64,000 bases of DNA from Candidatus Limnocylindria bacterium (GTDB taxonomy: Bacteria; Desulfobacterota; Binatia; DP-6): assembly GCA_035559675.1 (NCBI GenBank), contig DATMAZ010000224.1:670-64669 (forward strand), read 5' to 3'. Made by a program: the position numbers and the translations under genes. Shown here piece by piece: positions 11,423 to 21,829 of this stretch; positions within the stretch are counted from its first letter, which is position 1; each line of letters begins with the position of its first letter. The notes beneath the pieces were generated by a model. That model searched no databases, was not told the DNA's origin, and saw only the letters and a list, made by a program, of their open reading frames with translations.

Positions 11423-12811
11423 GTGTATGCGATCGCCTTCGCGTCGCTCGGTGTCCAGGTGGACGGCCTCGTCGGCGAGGCGGGCATCCTGCCGGCGGGC
11501 GAGTTCCTGCGGCGCGTGGCCGACCGGCTCGGGCCCGACGCGTACGCGCGCCTGCCGACGATCTGCTGGCTCGTCGGTGCCGACGCCAGGACCCTACAGC
11601 TCCTCTGCGCCGCCGGCGTGGCGTGCGGGCTGGCGCTCCTGGCCGGCGTCCTCCCGGGGCCGGCAGCGCTGGCCGCCTGGGCCCTCTACCTCTCGCTCGT
11701 CGGCGTCGGGCAGGTGTTCCTCGCCTTCCAGTGGGACGCGCTGCTGCTCGAGAGCGGGCTCCTGGCGCTGCTCATCGCTCCCTGGCGGCTGCGGCCGCCG
11801 GCGTGGAACCCGAGCGCCGTCGGGCTGCTGCCGCTCTGGTGCCTGGTCGCCAAGCTGCACCTGCTGTCCGGCTGGGTGAAGCTCGCGAGCGGCGATCCTA
11901 CGTGGTGGAATCTCACCGCGCTCCACTACCACTACTGGACCACCTGTCTCCCGGTGTGGGTCGGCTGGTACGCCGCCAAGCTTCCGGACCTCGTGCAGCG
12001 CGCGAGCGTGCTCGTCATGTTCGCCATCGAGCTCGGCGCGCCGTTCGCCATCCTGGGCCCCCGGCGTCTCCGCCATGCCGCCGCGGCCGCGATGATCGCT
12101 CTGCAGCTCGCGATCGCCGTCACCGGGAACTACGGGTTCTTCAATCTGCTCACCATCGCCCTCTGCGCGACGCTCTTCGACGACGCGGCGCTGGCGCGCG
12201 TCCTGCCTTTCGTGCGGGCGCCGGTTGCCCGGCGGCCGTCGGCCCCGCGTCGCCTGCTGGCAGCCGCCGCCGCGGCAGCGGCGTGCGGGCTCGTGCTCCT
12301 CCCGCTCGCGGCACGCGTCGTCCTTCCGGAGGCGCTGGCGCGCCCGGCGCTGCACGCGCTCGAGGCGCTGGCGCCGCTGCATAGCGTGAACGCCTACGGC
12401 CTGTTCGCCAACATGACGACGGTGCGACCCGAGATCGTGGTCGAGGGCTCGGACGACGGCGTGCACTGGCGTCCGTACGAGTTCCGCTGGAAGCCGGGCG
12501 ACCCGCACCGCCGGCCGGGGTTCGTCCAGCCGCACATGCCGCGGCTCGACTGGCAGATGTGGTTCGCCGCCCTGCAGGGCTACCAGCGGACGTACTGGTT
12601 CGGCCCGTTCCTCGACCGCCTTCTCGACGGCAGCCCCGCGGTCACCCGTCTGCTCGGCGAGCAACCGTTCCCCGGCAGTAGGCCGCGCTACGTGCGCGCC
12701 GTCCTCTATCGCTACGAGTTCGCCTCGCCCGCCGAGCGGCGCGCCGGCCTCTGGTGGCGGCGCGAGCCCATCGGCATGTACACGCCGGTGAGACGGCGCG
12801 CCGACCCCTAG
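11423..12811 (+). CDS. Lipase maturation factor (LMF1)-family integral membrane protein
   Basis: Multiple TM helices; conserved HYHYWT and MPRLDWQMWFAAL-type motifs of the LMF family. GTG start, the first start codon after the upstream stop. Confidence 0.6.
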   Translation: MYAIAFASLGVQVDGLVGEAGILPAGEFLRRVADRLGPDAYARLPTICWLVGADARTLQLLCAAGVACGLALLAGVLPGPAALAAWALYLSLVGVGQVFLAFQWDALLLESGLLALLIAPWRLRPPAWNPSAVGLLPLWCLVAKLHLLSGWVKLASGDPTWWNLTALHYHYWTTCLPVWVGWYAAKLPDLVQRASVLVMFAIELGAPFAILGPRRLRHAAAAAMIALQLAIAVTGNYGFFNLLTIALCATLFDDAALARVLPFVRAPVARRPSAPRRLLAAAAAAAACGLVLLPLAARVVLPEALARPALHALEALAPLHSVNAYGLFANMTTVRPEIVVEGSDDGVHWRPYEFRWKPGDPHRRPGFVQPHMPRLDWQMWFAALQGYQRTYWFGPFLDRLLDGSPAVTRLLGEQPFPGSRPRYVRAVLYRYEFASPAERRAGLWWRREPIGMYTPVRRRADP

Positions 12812-12814
12812 GCC

Positions 12815-14959
12815 TCAGTGCACCGCGCCTGCGCCCGTGGCGGCCGTTTCCACGACCGCCGCCAGGTGGACGGGGTCGAACGGCTTCGTCACGTGGGCCT
12901 GGAAGCCGGCGGCCAGCAGCCGCCGGCGCGCGTCGGCGCCCCCGAAGGCGGTGAGCGCGATCGCCGGGATGTCGCCGCCGCTTACCGGGCGCGCGCGCAG
13001 CGCCCGCAAGAGCGCGATGCCGTCCTTGCCCGGCATCGCGATGTCGCTCACCACCACGTCCGGCCGCCAGCGCTCCGCGATGGCGAGCGCTTCGGACGTG
13101 CCGAGCGCCGTGCGCACGTTGGCGCCGCGGGCGGCGAGCAGCGCCGCCACCACCGAATTCGAGTCGGCGTCGTCGTCGACCACGAGCACCCGCACGCCGC
13201 GCAACGACGCGCGCGGTCCGCCGACCGTCTGCCGGCTGATCGCGGCCTCGTCGCCGGCGCGCGCCTGCTCGGGCGTCTCCTCGACGAGCCGCGGCAGCTC
13301 GACGGTGAACGTGGCGCCGTGCCCCTCGCCCGCGCTCTCCGCCCGAATGGAGCCGCCATGGCACTCCGTGAGCGCGCGGGCGATCGCGAGCCCGAGCCCG
13401 AGCCCGCCGTGGCGTCGCCCCGACGACTGGTCGGCCTGCCGGAACGGCTCGAACACGTGAGGGACGAACGCCGGCGCGATGCCCTCGCCGGTGTCGCTGA
13501 CCGAGAGCCGCACCTGCCCGCCCGCCGGCGCGAGCACGACGTCCACCCGTCCGCCCCGGGGCGTGAACTTGATGGCATTGGCCGTGAGGTTCCAGACCAC
13601 CTGCTGCAGGCGCTCGGCGTCGCCGCGTACCAGCACCGGCTCGGCCGGCAGCACGCTGCCGAGCACGACGCCCTTCGCGTCGGCGGTCGGCCGCGTGACG
13701 TCGAGCGCCGCCCGTACCACCAAGCCCAGATCGACCGTGCGAAACTCCACCCGCCATTCCCGCGCGACGATGCGGGAGAGGTCGAGCAGGTCGTCGATCA
13801 GGCGAGCCTGCGCGCGCGCGTTGCGCTGGATGCTGCCGAGCGCGCGGGTGGTCTCCTCACCGCCGAGGACGCCGCCGAGCAGCAGATCGGTCCAGGCGAT
13901 GATCGGGGTGAGCGGCGTGCGCAGCTCGTGCGACACGGTGGCGAGAAAGGCGTCCTTCGCCCGGCTGGCCTCCTCGGCCTCCCGGCGCGCCGCCTCCGTG
14001 CGGGCGAGCGACTCCTCGCGAGCGAGCTCGGCCGCACGCCGTTCCGTGACGTCGTGCATGAGCACCAACGCGTGGTCGAGCCGCCCGCCGGCGCCCGGCA
14101 GCCCGCGCACCGCGACGGTCGCGTAGAGCGGCGTGCCGTCGCCCCGCGTACAGGCGACGTCGAGGCGCGTCGGAGCGCCACCGAGCGCCTGCGCGAGCAT
14201 GCCGCGGCCGACGGTGCGCTCTTCGGCCACCACCACCTCCCACCACGGCCGGCCGATCCAGTGAGCGGCCTCGCCGCCGAACATCCGGCAGAACTCCTCG
14301 TTCACCTCGCGGCAGCGGCCGTCCGGCTCGACGATCGCCATCCCCACCAGCGAGAGGTCGAAGTAGGTCTGCAAGCGCGCTTCCCGCTCCGAGAGCTCGG
14401 TGGTGAGCTCGAAGTCCTTGCGCATCAACCGGGCAAACAGCGTCGCGCCGAAGGCCGACAGCGCCACCACCGCGAGCAGGTAGGCCCCACCCGCGGCCCA
14501 CGCCAGGGCGTCCTCGCCCCCGCTCCCGAGCTGCAGCGGATATGCGGCCAGCACGCCGATCGAGGCGAGCGCTTGATTGCGGCGTCCCCACGGCAGCAGC
14601 ACGGCGCTCGAGGCCAGCAGCGCGGTGAGCACCCACACGCAGAGCGCCACCGGCGCGCCGACCATCGCGTGGTAGACGTTGATCGCCACGCCGACCACGT
14701 TGACGAAGGCGACCAGCGCGGGGATGGTCCAGCTCGGACGCCGGCGCAGCACGGCGGCGGTGACGGCGGTGAGCAGCGCAAAGCCGGTTGCGAACACCGC
14801 CATGAGCGGGCGCCGCTCGGGGAAGCGCAGGAACTCGAAGACCGTGCTGATGCCGACGCAGATGAGAAACACCGTGAACGCCAGCCGCACCCGGGCGCGC
14901 ACGTTGTGCACGATGGCGGGCTGCCACGGGTCCCGACGGGAAGCGGCGGGAGGCATCAC
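12815..14959 (-). CDS. Hybrid sensor histidine kinase (membrane N-terminus, PAS, HisKA, HATPase_c, C-terminal receiver)
   Basis: H-box TVSHELRTPL; N, G1 and G2 boxes; C-terminal REC with VVDDD and SDIAMPGKDG. Confidence 0.8.
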   Translation of the reverse strand: MMPPAASRRDPWQPAIVHNVRARVRLAFTVFLICVGISTVFEFLRFPERRPLMAVFATGFALLTAVTAAVLRRRPSWTIPALVAFVNVVGVAINVYHAMVGAPVALCVWVLTALLASSAVLLPWGRRNQALASIGVLAAYPLQLGSGGEDALAWAAGGAYLLAVVALSAFGATLFARLMRKDFELTTELSEREARLQTYFDLSLVGMAIVEPDGRCREVNEEFCRMFGGEAAHWIGRPWWEVVVAEERTVGRGMLAQALGGAPTRLDVACTRGDGTPLYATVAVRGLPGAGGRLDHALVLMHDVTERRAAELAREESLARTEAARREAEEASRAKDAFLATVSHELRTPLTPIIAWTDLLLGGVLGGEETTRALGSIQRNARAQARLIDDLLDLSRIVAREWRVEFRTVDLGLVVRAALDVTRPTADAKGVVLGSVLPAEPVLVRGDAERLQQVVWNLTANAIKFTPRGGRVDVVLAPAGGQVRLSVSDTGEGIAPAFVPHVFEPFRQADQSSGRRHGGLGLGLAIARALTECHGGSIRAESAGEGHGATFTVELPRLVEETPEQARAGDEAAISRQTVGGPRASLRGVRVLVVDDDADSNSVVAALLAARGANVRTALGTSEALAIAERWRPDVVVSDIAMPGKDGIALLRALRARPVSGGDIPAIALTAFGGADARRRLLAAGFQAHVTKPFDPVHLAAVVETAATGAGAVH

Positions 14960-15028
14960 CCCGGCGCTACCACCGGGGGACGCCCGCTGTCCAGGTGGCG
15001 TTTCTTGGGCGGCGCACCATCTAAGGTG

Positions 15029-16954
15029 TCATCCGATGAGGTGCCGCGCGGTCTGGAAGGTGACGAAGCTCGCGACCCAGGCGAGCCCGAGCATGTAGCC
15101 GAACGCGAGCGCCGGCCAGCGCCAGCTGCCGGTCTCGCGCGCCATCACGACGATGGTCGACGTGCACTGCAGCGCGAACACGAAGAAGACCAGCAGCGAC
15201 AGCGCCACCGGCAGGTCGAAGACCCGCCGTCCGGTGCGCGGGTCGACGTCGGCGCGAATGGCCGCCGGCAGCCCGGCGAAGTCGTCGCTGTCGCCGACGG
15301 CGTAGATCTGCGCCAGCGTCGAGACGATCACCTCGCGCGCCGCGAGACTCCCCACGAGACCGACGCCGATCTTCCAGTCGAAGCCGAGCGGCGCGATGGC
15401 CGGCTCGATGGCCCGGCCGATGCGCGCCGCCACGCTCGCCTGCAGATCGGCCTGCGCCTGCTCCGCGGGCGAGCGCCTCGGATCGTGCGGCGCCCCCGGC
15501 ACGTTCAGCAGCACCCACAGGACCACGGACACGGCCAGAATGATGGTGCCCGCGCGCTTGAGGAACGCCGCCGCGCTGCCCCACACCTGGCGCGCGAGCA
15601 GCCGCGCCGTCGGCCAGCGGTAGGGAGGCAGCTCCATGTAGAACACCGACACCTTGCCGCGCAGCAGCGTCGCGTTCAGCAAGGCGGCCGACACGAGCGC
15701 CGTCGCCGCGCCGAGGAGGTAGAGGCCGAGCAGGGTGAGCCCCTGCAGCCCGATCGGTCCGACGACGCGCGTGGCAGGCACGAAGGTCGCGATCAGCAGC
15801 GTATAGACCGGCAGCCGCGCCGAGCACGTCATGAAGGGCGCCACGAGGATGGTCGCGAGGCGCTCGCGGGGGGACGCGATCGTGCGCGCCGCCATGATGC
15901 CCGGCACGGCGCAGGCGTAGCACGACAGCAGGGGAACGAAGCTCCGTCCCTGCAGACCCACCCACCCCATCACGCGGTCCACCACGAAGGCCGCACGCGC
16001 CATGTAGCCCACGTCGTTCAGCAGGTGGAGGGCCGTGAACAGGATCACGATCTGCGGCAGGAAGATCAGCACCGAGCCGACGCCGGCGAGCACACCGTCG
16101 GCCCAGAGATTCGTCGCCCAGCCCGGGGGGAGCACGGCGTGGGAGAGCCGACCGAGCTCGCCGATCGCGTCGTCGATCGCGTCCATGGCCGGCACGGCCC
16201 AGCTGAAGATGCTCTGGAACAGCAGCACCATGACGGCCGCGAACACCACCACGCCCACCACCGGATGCAGCAGCACCCGATCGATGCGGTCCGTGCGGCG
16301 ATCGCGCCGCAGCGTGCCGGCGCCGATCTCGCGGCACGTCTCGTCGACCCAAGCGAAGCGCTCCACCGGCGACAGCGCCGGGCGAGCCGGGCGGCGCGGC
16401 CAGCTTTCCGGGTACTCGAGCAGCGTGCGCAGCTGATCCAGTCCGACGCCCCGGTGCCCTACCACGCCCACCACGTGAATGCCGAGGCGCCGCGCCAGCG
16501 CCGGCAGGTCGAGCTGGCCGCCCCGCGCCTTCACCTCGTCGATCATGGTGAGGACCAGCAGCGCCGGGAGGCCGCGCTCGAGCGCCTGGTGGACCAGCCC
16601 CAAGCCGCGCCGCAGCGTGGTGGCGTCGGCCACGATGAGCAGCGCGTCGGGAACGGGCTCGCCCGGGATTTCGCCCGCGAGCACCCGCTGCACGATCTGC
16701 TCGTCGGGCGTCTCGCCGTCGAGCGCGTAGGTCCCGGGCAGATCGAGGATCGAGACCGGGCGGCGCGCGCCGCGCAGCGGGCCCCAGCGGCGCTCGACGG
16801 TGACGCCCGGGTAGTTGCCAACCCGGGCGGCCGATCCCGTGAGCGCGTTGAAGAGCGTCGTCTTGCCGGCGTTCGGCGAGCCGACGAGCGCGATGCGGAC
16901 GGCCGTCGCGCCCTCGTCCTCCACCATCGCGGCGCTGCCGGCCTGCGCGTTCAT
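15029..16954 (-). CDS. feoB: Ferrous iron transport protein B
   Basis: N-terminal G-domain GSPNAGKTTLFNALTG followed by a polytopic membrane domain. Confidence 0.9.
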   Translation of the reverse strand: MNAQAGSAAMVEDEGATAVRIALVGSPNAGKTTLFNALTGSAARVGNYPGVTVERRWGPLRGARRPVSILDLPGTYALDGETPDEQIVQRVLAGEIPGEPVPDALLIVADATTLRRGLGLVHQALERGLPALLVLTMIDEVKARGGQLDLPALARRLGIHVVGVVGHRGVGLDQLRTLLEYPESWPRRPARPALSPVERFAWVDETCREIGAGTLRRDRRTDRIDRVLLHPVVGVVVFAAVMVLLFQSIFSWAVPAMDAIDDAIGELGRLSHAVLPPGWATNLWADGVLAGVGSVLIFLPQIVILFTALHLLNDVGYMARAAFVVDRVMGWVGLQGRSFVPLLSCYACAVPGIMAARTIASPRERLATILVAPFMTCSARLPVYTLLIATFVPATRVVGPIGLQGLTLLGLYLLGAATALVSAALLNATLLRGKVSVFYMELPPYRWPTARLLARQVWGSAAAFLKRAGTIILAVSVVLWVLLNVPGAPHDPRRSPAEQAQADLQASVAARIGRAIEPAIAPLGFDWKIGVGLVGSLAAREVIVSTLAQIYAVGDSDDFAGLPAAIRADVDPRTGRRVFDLPVALSLLVFFVFALQCTSTIVVMARETGSWRWPALAFGYMLGLAWVASFVTFQTARHLIG

Positions 16955-17229
16955 GCGGCCCGCTCGTCCTCGGGTCGCACCCGCAGCCCGCGCAGCTGGC
17001 CGCGCCGCAGACAGAGCCGGTAGCCGCGGATCTCGATCTCCACCGGGTCGCCGAGCGGCGCGCGGCGCACCACCTCGAGCGGCGTGTCGGGCACGAAGCC
17101 CAGATCGAGCAAGCGCGGGGGAATGCGCTGGCCGTCCGCCGGCGCCACCAAGCGCGCGCGCCGCCCGGGCGGAAGCTCGCTCAACGGGATGATGGGGGCC
17201 ATCGGACCGGGGCCGCCGGCCATGTCCAA
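16951..17229 (-). CDS. feoA: Ferrous iron transport protein A
   Basis: Small SH3-like FeoA (LSELPPGRRARLV...GDPVEIEIRG) overlapping the feoB start by 4 nt. The true start may be the internal Met (MAPIIPL). Confidence 0.75.
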   Translation of the reverse strand: MDMAGGPGPMAPIIPLSELPPGRRARLVAPADGQRIPPRLLDLGFVPDTPLEVVRRAPLGDPVEIEIRGYRLCLRRGQLRGLRVRPEDERAA

Positions 17230-17355
17230 TCCGATATTGAAAGTCGTTCTCAGTTACAAGTGCCCATCCGGGGGCCGCCCCCTACTCCGGCAGCCGGGCG
17301 CCCGCCGCACGCGCCTGCGCCACCACGGGCAGGGAGCACGACGCTGCCATCGCCA

Positions 17356-18780
17356 TCAATCGAACGTCATCGGCCGCACGTTGGCCGGCACGTGCAACGG
17401 CGCGGCGGTCGCCCGGCGCACGTCGTCGATCTCGATCCCCGGCGCCACCTCGCGGAGCACGAAGCCGTCGGCGCCGACGTCGATCAGCGCGAAGTCCGTC
17501 ACCACGGTGCGCACGCAGCGCGCCGCCGTGAGCGGATACGTGCACCGCTCGACCAGCTTCGGCGCTCCGTCGCGCGTGAGGTGGAACATCACGACCACGA
17601 CGCGGGCTGCCCCGGCCGCGAGGTCCATGGCGCCGCCGATGCCGCCCACCCCGCTCGCCGGCACGTTCCAGTTGGCGAGGTCGCCACGGGCCGACACCTG
17701 AAAGCCGCCGAGCACCACGGTCGTCACCCGGCCGCTGCGCGCCATGCCGAAGGCGCTCGCGCTGTCGAAGTAGCTGGCACCCGGGTACTGGCGGACGAGC
17801 TGCCCGCTCGCGTTGTAGGCGTCGATGTCCTCCTCGCCGGGCGCGGCGAGCGGCCCGAAGCCGAGCATGCCGTTCTCGGAGTGGAGCACCACGCCGTCGG
17901 CGGGCTCGAGCGCGCTCGACACGAGCGTCGGGAGCCCGAGCCCCAGGTTGACGTACTCGCCGGGCGCCAGCAGCCGGGCCACGCGACGGACCATCAGATC
18001 GGGCGGGATGCCGCGCGGGCCGCTCGCCCGCTCGCGGACCTCCAGGTCCCACTGCCGTCCCCAGCGACGGGAGAGCTCGCGCACCGTCGCCGCATCGAGC
18101 GGGTGCTCGGTGCGCACCACGCGGTCGACGTACACGCCCGGCGTGACGACCGCTTCCGGATCGAGGTCACCCATCGCCACCACGTCGTCCACCTCCGCGA
18201 TCGTCGTACGGGCCGCCGTGGCCATCACGGGATTGAAGTTGCGCGCGCCCCGCCGGTAGACGAGGTTGCCGGCGCGGTCGGCTCGCGAGGCGCGCACGAG
18301 CGCCACGTCGCCGCGCAGCGCCGTCTCCAGCACGTAGCGGCGGCCGTCGAACTCGCGCACCTCGGCGTCGCGGCGCACCTCGGTGTCCGCGCCCGTCGGC
18401 GTATAGAACGCGGCGAGCCCGGCTCCGCCCGCGCGGAGCCGTTCGACCAGCGTGCCCTGCGGGACCAGCTCGAGCTCGATGCGCCCCGCGCGGATGCCGG
18501 CCTCCATCGGTGTCCGCTGCTTCGGATAAACGGCGTAGCTGGCGACGAGCTTTCGCACCAGCCCCGCCTCGGCGAGGATCTGCGGCGACGTCGGCCCCAC
18601 GCCCGGCGTGTTGGCGACGATGGTGAGATCGCGCGCGCCGTGGTCGCGCAGCGCGGTGAGGAGCGACGTCGGCCAGCCTTGAACCACGCCGAAGCCGCCG
18701 ATCAGCACGGTGGCGCCGTCCCGCACGTCCGCCACCGCGGCCCGGGCGCTGGCGAGCACCTTCTCCATGTCGCGCCTCAT
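17356..18780 (-). CDS. 3-oxoacid CoA-transferase, fused subunits A+B
   Basis: A-subunit N-terminus (VLIGGFG...) and B-subunit (ENGMLGFGP, SGVGGIGGAMD) in one polypeptide. Confidence 0.75.
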   Translation of the reverse strand: MRRDMEKVLASARAAVADVRDGATVLIGGFGVVQGWPTSLLTALRDHGARDLTIVANTPGVGPTSPQILAEAGLVRKLVASYAVYPKQRTPMEAGIRAGRIELELVPQGTLVERLRAGGAGLAAFYTPTGADTEVRRDAEVREFDGRRYVLETALRGDVALVRASRADRAGNLVYRRGARNFNPVMATAARTTIAEVDDVVAMGDLDPEAVVTPGVYVDRVVRTEHPLDAATVRELSRRWGRQWDLEVRERASGPRGIPPDLMVRRVARLLAPGEYVNLGLGLPTLVSSALEPADGVVLHSENGMLGFGPLAAPGEEDIDAYNASGQLVRQYPGASYFDSASAFGMARSGRVTTVVLGGFQVSARGDLANWNVPASGVGGIGGAMDLAAGAARVVVVMFHLTRDGAPKLVERCTYPLTAARCVRTVVTDFALIDVGADGFVLREVAPGIEIDDVRRATAAPLHVPANVRPMTFD

Positions 18781-18835
18781 AGGCGCCCCGGGCGGGGATC
18801 GACAAGAGGCGGCGGCGTTTCCTAGAGTCGCGGCC

Positions 18836-20134
18836 GTGGCGGCGGCGCTTCCTCTGGTCGGCGACGACGGCTTCGTGCCGAAGGAACGCTACACGGAGCG
18901 TGCGTTCCTCGACGCCGAGCTCGAGCGGCTCTGGCCGCGGGTCTGGCAGATCGCCTGCCGCGAAGAGGAGATCGCCGAGGTCGGCGCCTGGATCGAGTAC
19001 ACGATCGGCGACGACTCCATCCTCGTCGTGCGCAACGCCCCCGGCGAGGTGTCGGCCTTCCACAACGCCTGCCCGCACCGCGGCACGCGGATCGCCTCGG
19101 GCGCCGGCCGCGCCACCGACGGCCGCCTCACCTGCCCCTTCCACGGCTGGTGCTACGGGCTCGACGGCACGCTCGTCGACGTCCCCGACCGCCACGAGTT
19201 CACGAATCTGCCCGCCGGGCTCCGCCTGCCGCCGGTCCGCACCGCCTCGTGGGGCGGGTTCGTTTTCATCACACTGGCCGCCGACGTCGAGCCGCTGCTC
19301 GAGTTCCTCGACCCGCTGCCCACGCTGCTGGCGCCCTATCGCCTCGACGAGCTGCGGCTCCGTTCGTACCTCACCACCATTCTGCCGGCCAACTGGAAGG
19401 CGGTGGTCGATGCCTTCAACGAGGCCTACCACGTGCAGCGCGCCCACGCGCAGATCCTGCCGTGGACCGACGACACCAGCATCGCCTACGAGCAGTTTCG
19501 CACCCACGCGCACTACGGCCGCCTGCCGAACGCGCGCCGCCGGCTGCGGCCGAGCCCGCGGCTCGGCCCCGCCGCGTCCGACGTCGACGAGGGCGCGATC
19601 CTGAGCGCGCTGGTGGCCGGGCTCGGCGGCGCCTTCTTGAAGGAGGAGCGCGCGATCGTCGCCGAGCTGCGCGCCGCCGCCCATCCCCCGGGGACCGACC
19701 TCCTGGCGCTGTTCCAGCGCCGCCGCATGGAGCTGCTGGCCTCGCGCGGATTCGACGTCTCGGGGTTCGAGCCCGACCAGATGACGAGCGCCGACGACGT
19801 GTACTGGTTCCCGAACGTCGTCGGCCCGATCTATCCCGGCAGCGCGCTTCTCTTCCGCGTGCGCCCGAACGGACGCGATCCGCACAGCGCGATCCACGAC
19901 ACCTGGGTGCTGGAGTGGCCGGCGCCGGGCAGCACCCGCCCGCTCGAGCGGCGCTTCTTCGCCAATTGGCGCGAGCGGGACTGGGGCGAGATCACCACGC
20001 AGGACTACGAGAATCTGGAGCGGGTACAGGCCGGCATGCGCTCACGGGCGTTTGCGGGGCTACGGCTCAACCCGCGCCAGGAGAGCAACCTCCTCCACAT
20101 GCACCGCGTGATCGATCGCTACCTCACCGCCTGA
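18836..20134 (+). CDS. Rieske [2Fe-2S] non-heme iron oxygenase alpha subunit
   Basis: Rieske motif CPHRG...CPFHGW. The GTG start at 18836 is chosen to avoid overlap with the divergent CoA-transferase. An upstream in-frame GTG at 18710 is the alternative start. Confidence 0.65.
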   Translation: MAAALPLVGDDGFVPKERYTERAFLDAELERLWPRVWQIACREEEIAEVGAWIEYTIGDDSILVVRNAPGEVSAFHNACPHRGTRIASGAGRATDGRLTCPFHGWCYGLDGTLVDVPDRHEFTNLPAGLRLPPVRTASWGGFVFITLAADVEPLLEFLDPLPTLLAPYRLDELRLRSYLTTILPANWKAVVDAFNEAYHVQRAHAQILPWTDDTSIAYEQFRTHAHYGRLPNARRRLRPSPRLGPAASDVDEGAILSALVAGLGGAFLKEERAIVAELRAAAHPPGTDLLALFQRRRMELLASRGFDVSGFEPDQMTSADDVYWFPNVVGPIYPGSALLFRVRPNGRDPHSAIHDTWVLEWPAPGSTRPLERRFFANWRERDWGEITTQDYENLERVQAGMRSRAFAGLRLNPRQESNLLHMHRVIDRYLTA

Positions 20135-20486
20135 GATACACGCCGATCCGGCGGATGAGCTCGGCGGACGAGACGTCGAACACGACCGCCTCCTCGGTGC
20201 GCCGCCGCCCGCCGGCTGCGTCGACCGTCTCGCTGAGCTCGACCACCACCACGTCGCCCGCGACCAGGCAGCGCGTCACCGACAGCTCGTAGCCCGCGAG
20301 CGTGCGGAACACGGCACGCAGGTAGTCCACGTACGGCGTGCGACCCTGATAGACGTCACCGTACGGGCCCGTCCGCTCGACGTCCGGCTCCAGCGTGGCG
20401 GCGAGCGCCGCCCAGTCCTGCACCGCGAGCGCCGCCAGATAGCGCTCGACGACGCTCAGGACGCCCGGCACGGCCCCCGCCTGCAC
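20124..20486 (-). CDS. NTF2/SnoaL-like fold protein
   Basis: About 120-aa C-terminal part of the ORF resembles SnoaL-like polyketide cyclase and NTF2 proteins. GTG start inferred. Downstream of the SDR gene on the same strand. Confidence 0.4.
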   Translation of the reverse strand: MQAGAVPGVLSVVERYLAALAVQDWAALAATLEPDVERTGPYGDVYQGRTPYVDYLRAVFRTLAGYELSVTRCLVAGDVVVVELSETVDAAGGRRRTEEAVVFDVSSAELIRRIGVYLRR

Positions 20487-20539
20487 ACGGCCGGCGACTC
20501 TACCAGGAAGGCCGCCTCGGCGGCCATGGGGGCCGCCGC

Positions 20540-21457
20540 CTACTTTGAGTCGCCCCAGCGGTGGATGCGGCGGCCGCGGTGAAAGCCGTGAAACGGCACG
20601 GAGCGGTCGTGGAGGTCGAGCGGCCACGCGAGCGGCAGCGGGGCGTTGCGATCGCGCAGCGCGGAGAGCGGTGAGACGAGCCGCGCGTTCGGTGCCGCGC
20701 CGTCGACCCGCAGCACCGTGCCGCTGATGAACGCCGCCGCCGGCGAGAGGAGAAAGCAGATGGCCGCCGACACCTCCGACTCAGTGCCGAGCCGCGCCGC
20801 CGGAATGCCCGCGTGCGCGCTCGCGAGGTGCGGCTGCATCCAATCGGGATAGGTGTCGAAGCCCGACGAGGCGATGGATCCGGGCGCCACCGCGTTCACG
20901 CGCACGCCGCTCGCCGCCCACTCCACCGCCGCCGTCTCCGTGAAGCTCACCATGCCGGCGCGCGCCGCGCCCGAGTGGCCCATCCCGACCATGCTCCCCC
21001 ACATGTCGGCCACCACGTTGACGATGGCGCCGCCGTGCTCCGCCATCCACTGCGTGTAGCATTCGCGCGCGCAGAGAAAGCCGCCCGTGAGATTGTTCGC
21101 CACCACCGCGTCCCACCCCTTCTTGCTGATCTGCGCCAGCGGGGCGGCGAACTGGCCGCCGGCATTGTTTACCAGGCCGTCGACCCGACCCGTGGCGTCC
21201 AGCGTGGAGCGTACGATGCCCCGCACGGTCTCCTCGTCGCGATGATCGCCGGGGAAGACGAACGCGCGGCCGCCATCGGCCTCGATCTCCTCGCGAACGG
21301 CCTCGAGGCGTTCGGCCCGCCGGCCGACCAGCACGACCGTCGCGCCGAGGTGCGACAGCTCGTGCGCGGTGCACCGGCCGATCCCGCTGCCTCCGCCCGT
21401 CACGATGTGCGTCTGGCCGGCAAAGAGTCCCGCTCGAAAGATCGATTCGTACGGCAT
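20540..21457 (-). CDS. SDR-family oxidoreductase
   Basis: TGGGSGIGR cofactor motif, NNAG, catalytic region; ATG at 21457. Confidence 0.75.
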   Translation of the reverse strand: MPYESIFRAGLFAGQTHIVTGGGSGIGRCTAHELSHLGATVVLVGRRAERLEAVREEIEADGGRAFVFPGDHRDEETVRGIVRSTLDATGRVDGLVNNAGGQFAAPLAQISKKGWDAVVANNLTGGFLCARECYTQWMAEHGGAIVNVVADMWGSMVGMGHSGAARAGMVSFTETAAVEWAASGVRVNAVAPGSIASSGFDTYPDWMQPHLASAHAGIPAARLGTESEVSAAICFLLSPAAAFISGTVLRVDGAAPNARLVSPLSALRDRNAPLPLAWPLDLHDRSVPFHGFHRGRRIHRWGDSK

Positions 21458-21529
21458 GGCGCCCGACCCTACCCCGACGGCGGGATAAAAAGTATTCCCG
21501 CCGCCGAAGCGCCTCCATAAGGGGATGGC

Positions 21530-21811
21530 ATGGCACCCGCCTCCCATGCCGCCGGCCCGTCGCCGCGCGTGACGCTGCTCGTCGTGCTGATCACGCTCGC
21601 CGCAGGCTGCGCCCGCCGCAGTCCTCCACCACCGGCGCCGGCGCCTACTGCCGCCCCGCCGCGGCTGCTCGAGTTCGAGGCCACCGCCTACTCGACGACC
21701 GGAACGACCGCCTCGGCACGCGGATCCGCGTGCGGGATGCGGGCTCCTACTCCGGAGGAGGCCGAGAACTTCGGCCGCCGCGTCCGCGTGGAGATTCTCG
21801 GCGAAAACTGA
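21530..21811 (+). CDS. Small putative lipoprotein with truncated 3D-domain-like segment
   Basis: Lipobox ITLAAGC; ATAYSTTGTTASARGS resembles the start of a 3D/RlpA-like domain, but the ORF ends early. Confidence 0.3.
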   Translation: MAPASHAAGPSPRVTLLVVLITLAAGCARRSPPPPAPAPTAAPPRLLEFEATAYSTTGTTASARGSACGMRAPTPEEAENFGRRVRVEILGEN

Positions 21812-21829
21812 CGCAGCCGTGAGCCGCCG

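Noticed and set aside
11320-12384. 354-aa ORF in an alternate frame over the LMF-family gene
   Set aside because: Arg/Ala/Pro-rich, no TM helices or motifs. The overlapping frame encodes a coherent polytopic membrane protein with LMF family motifs.
12818-17023. 1401-aa plus-strand ORF antisense to the hybrid histidine kinase and feoB
   Set aside because: Extreme Arg/Ala/Gly/Pro composition with no domain. It is the antisense of two well-supported genes. High-GC artefact.
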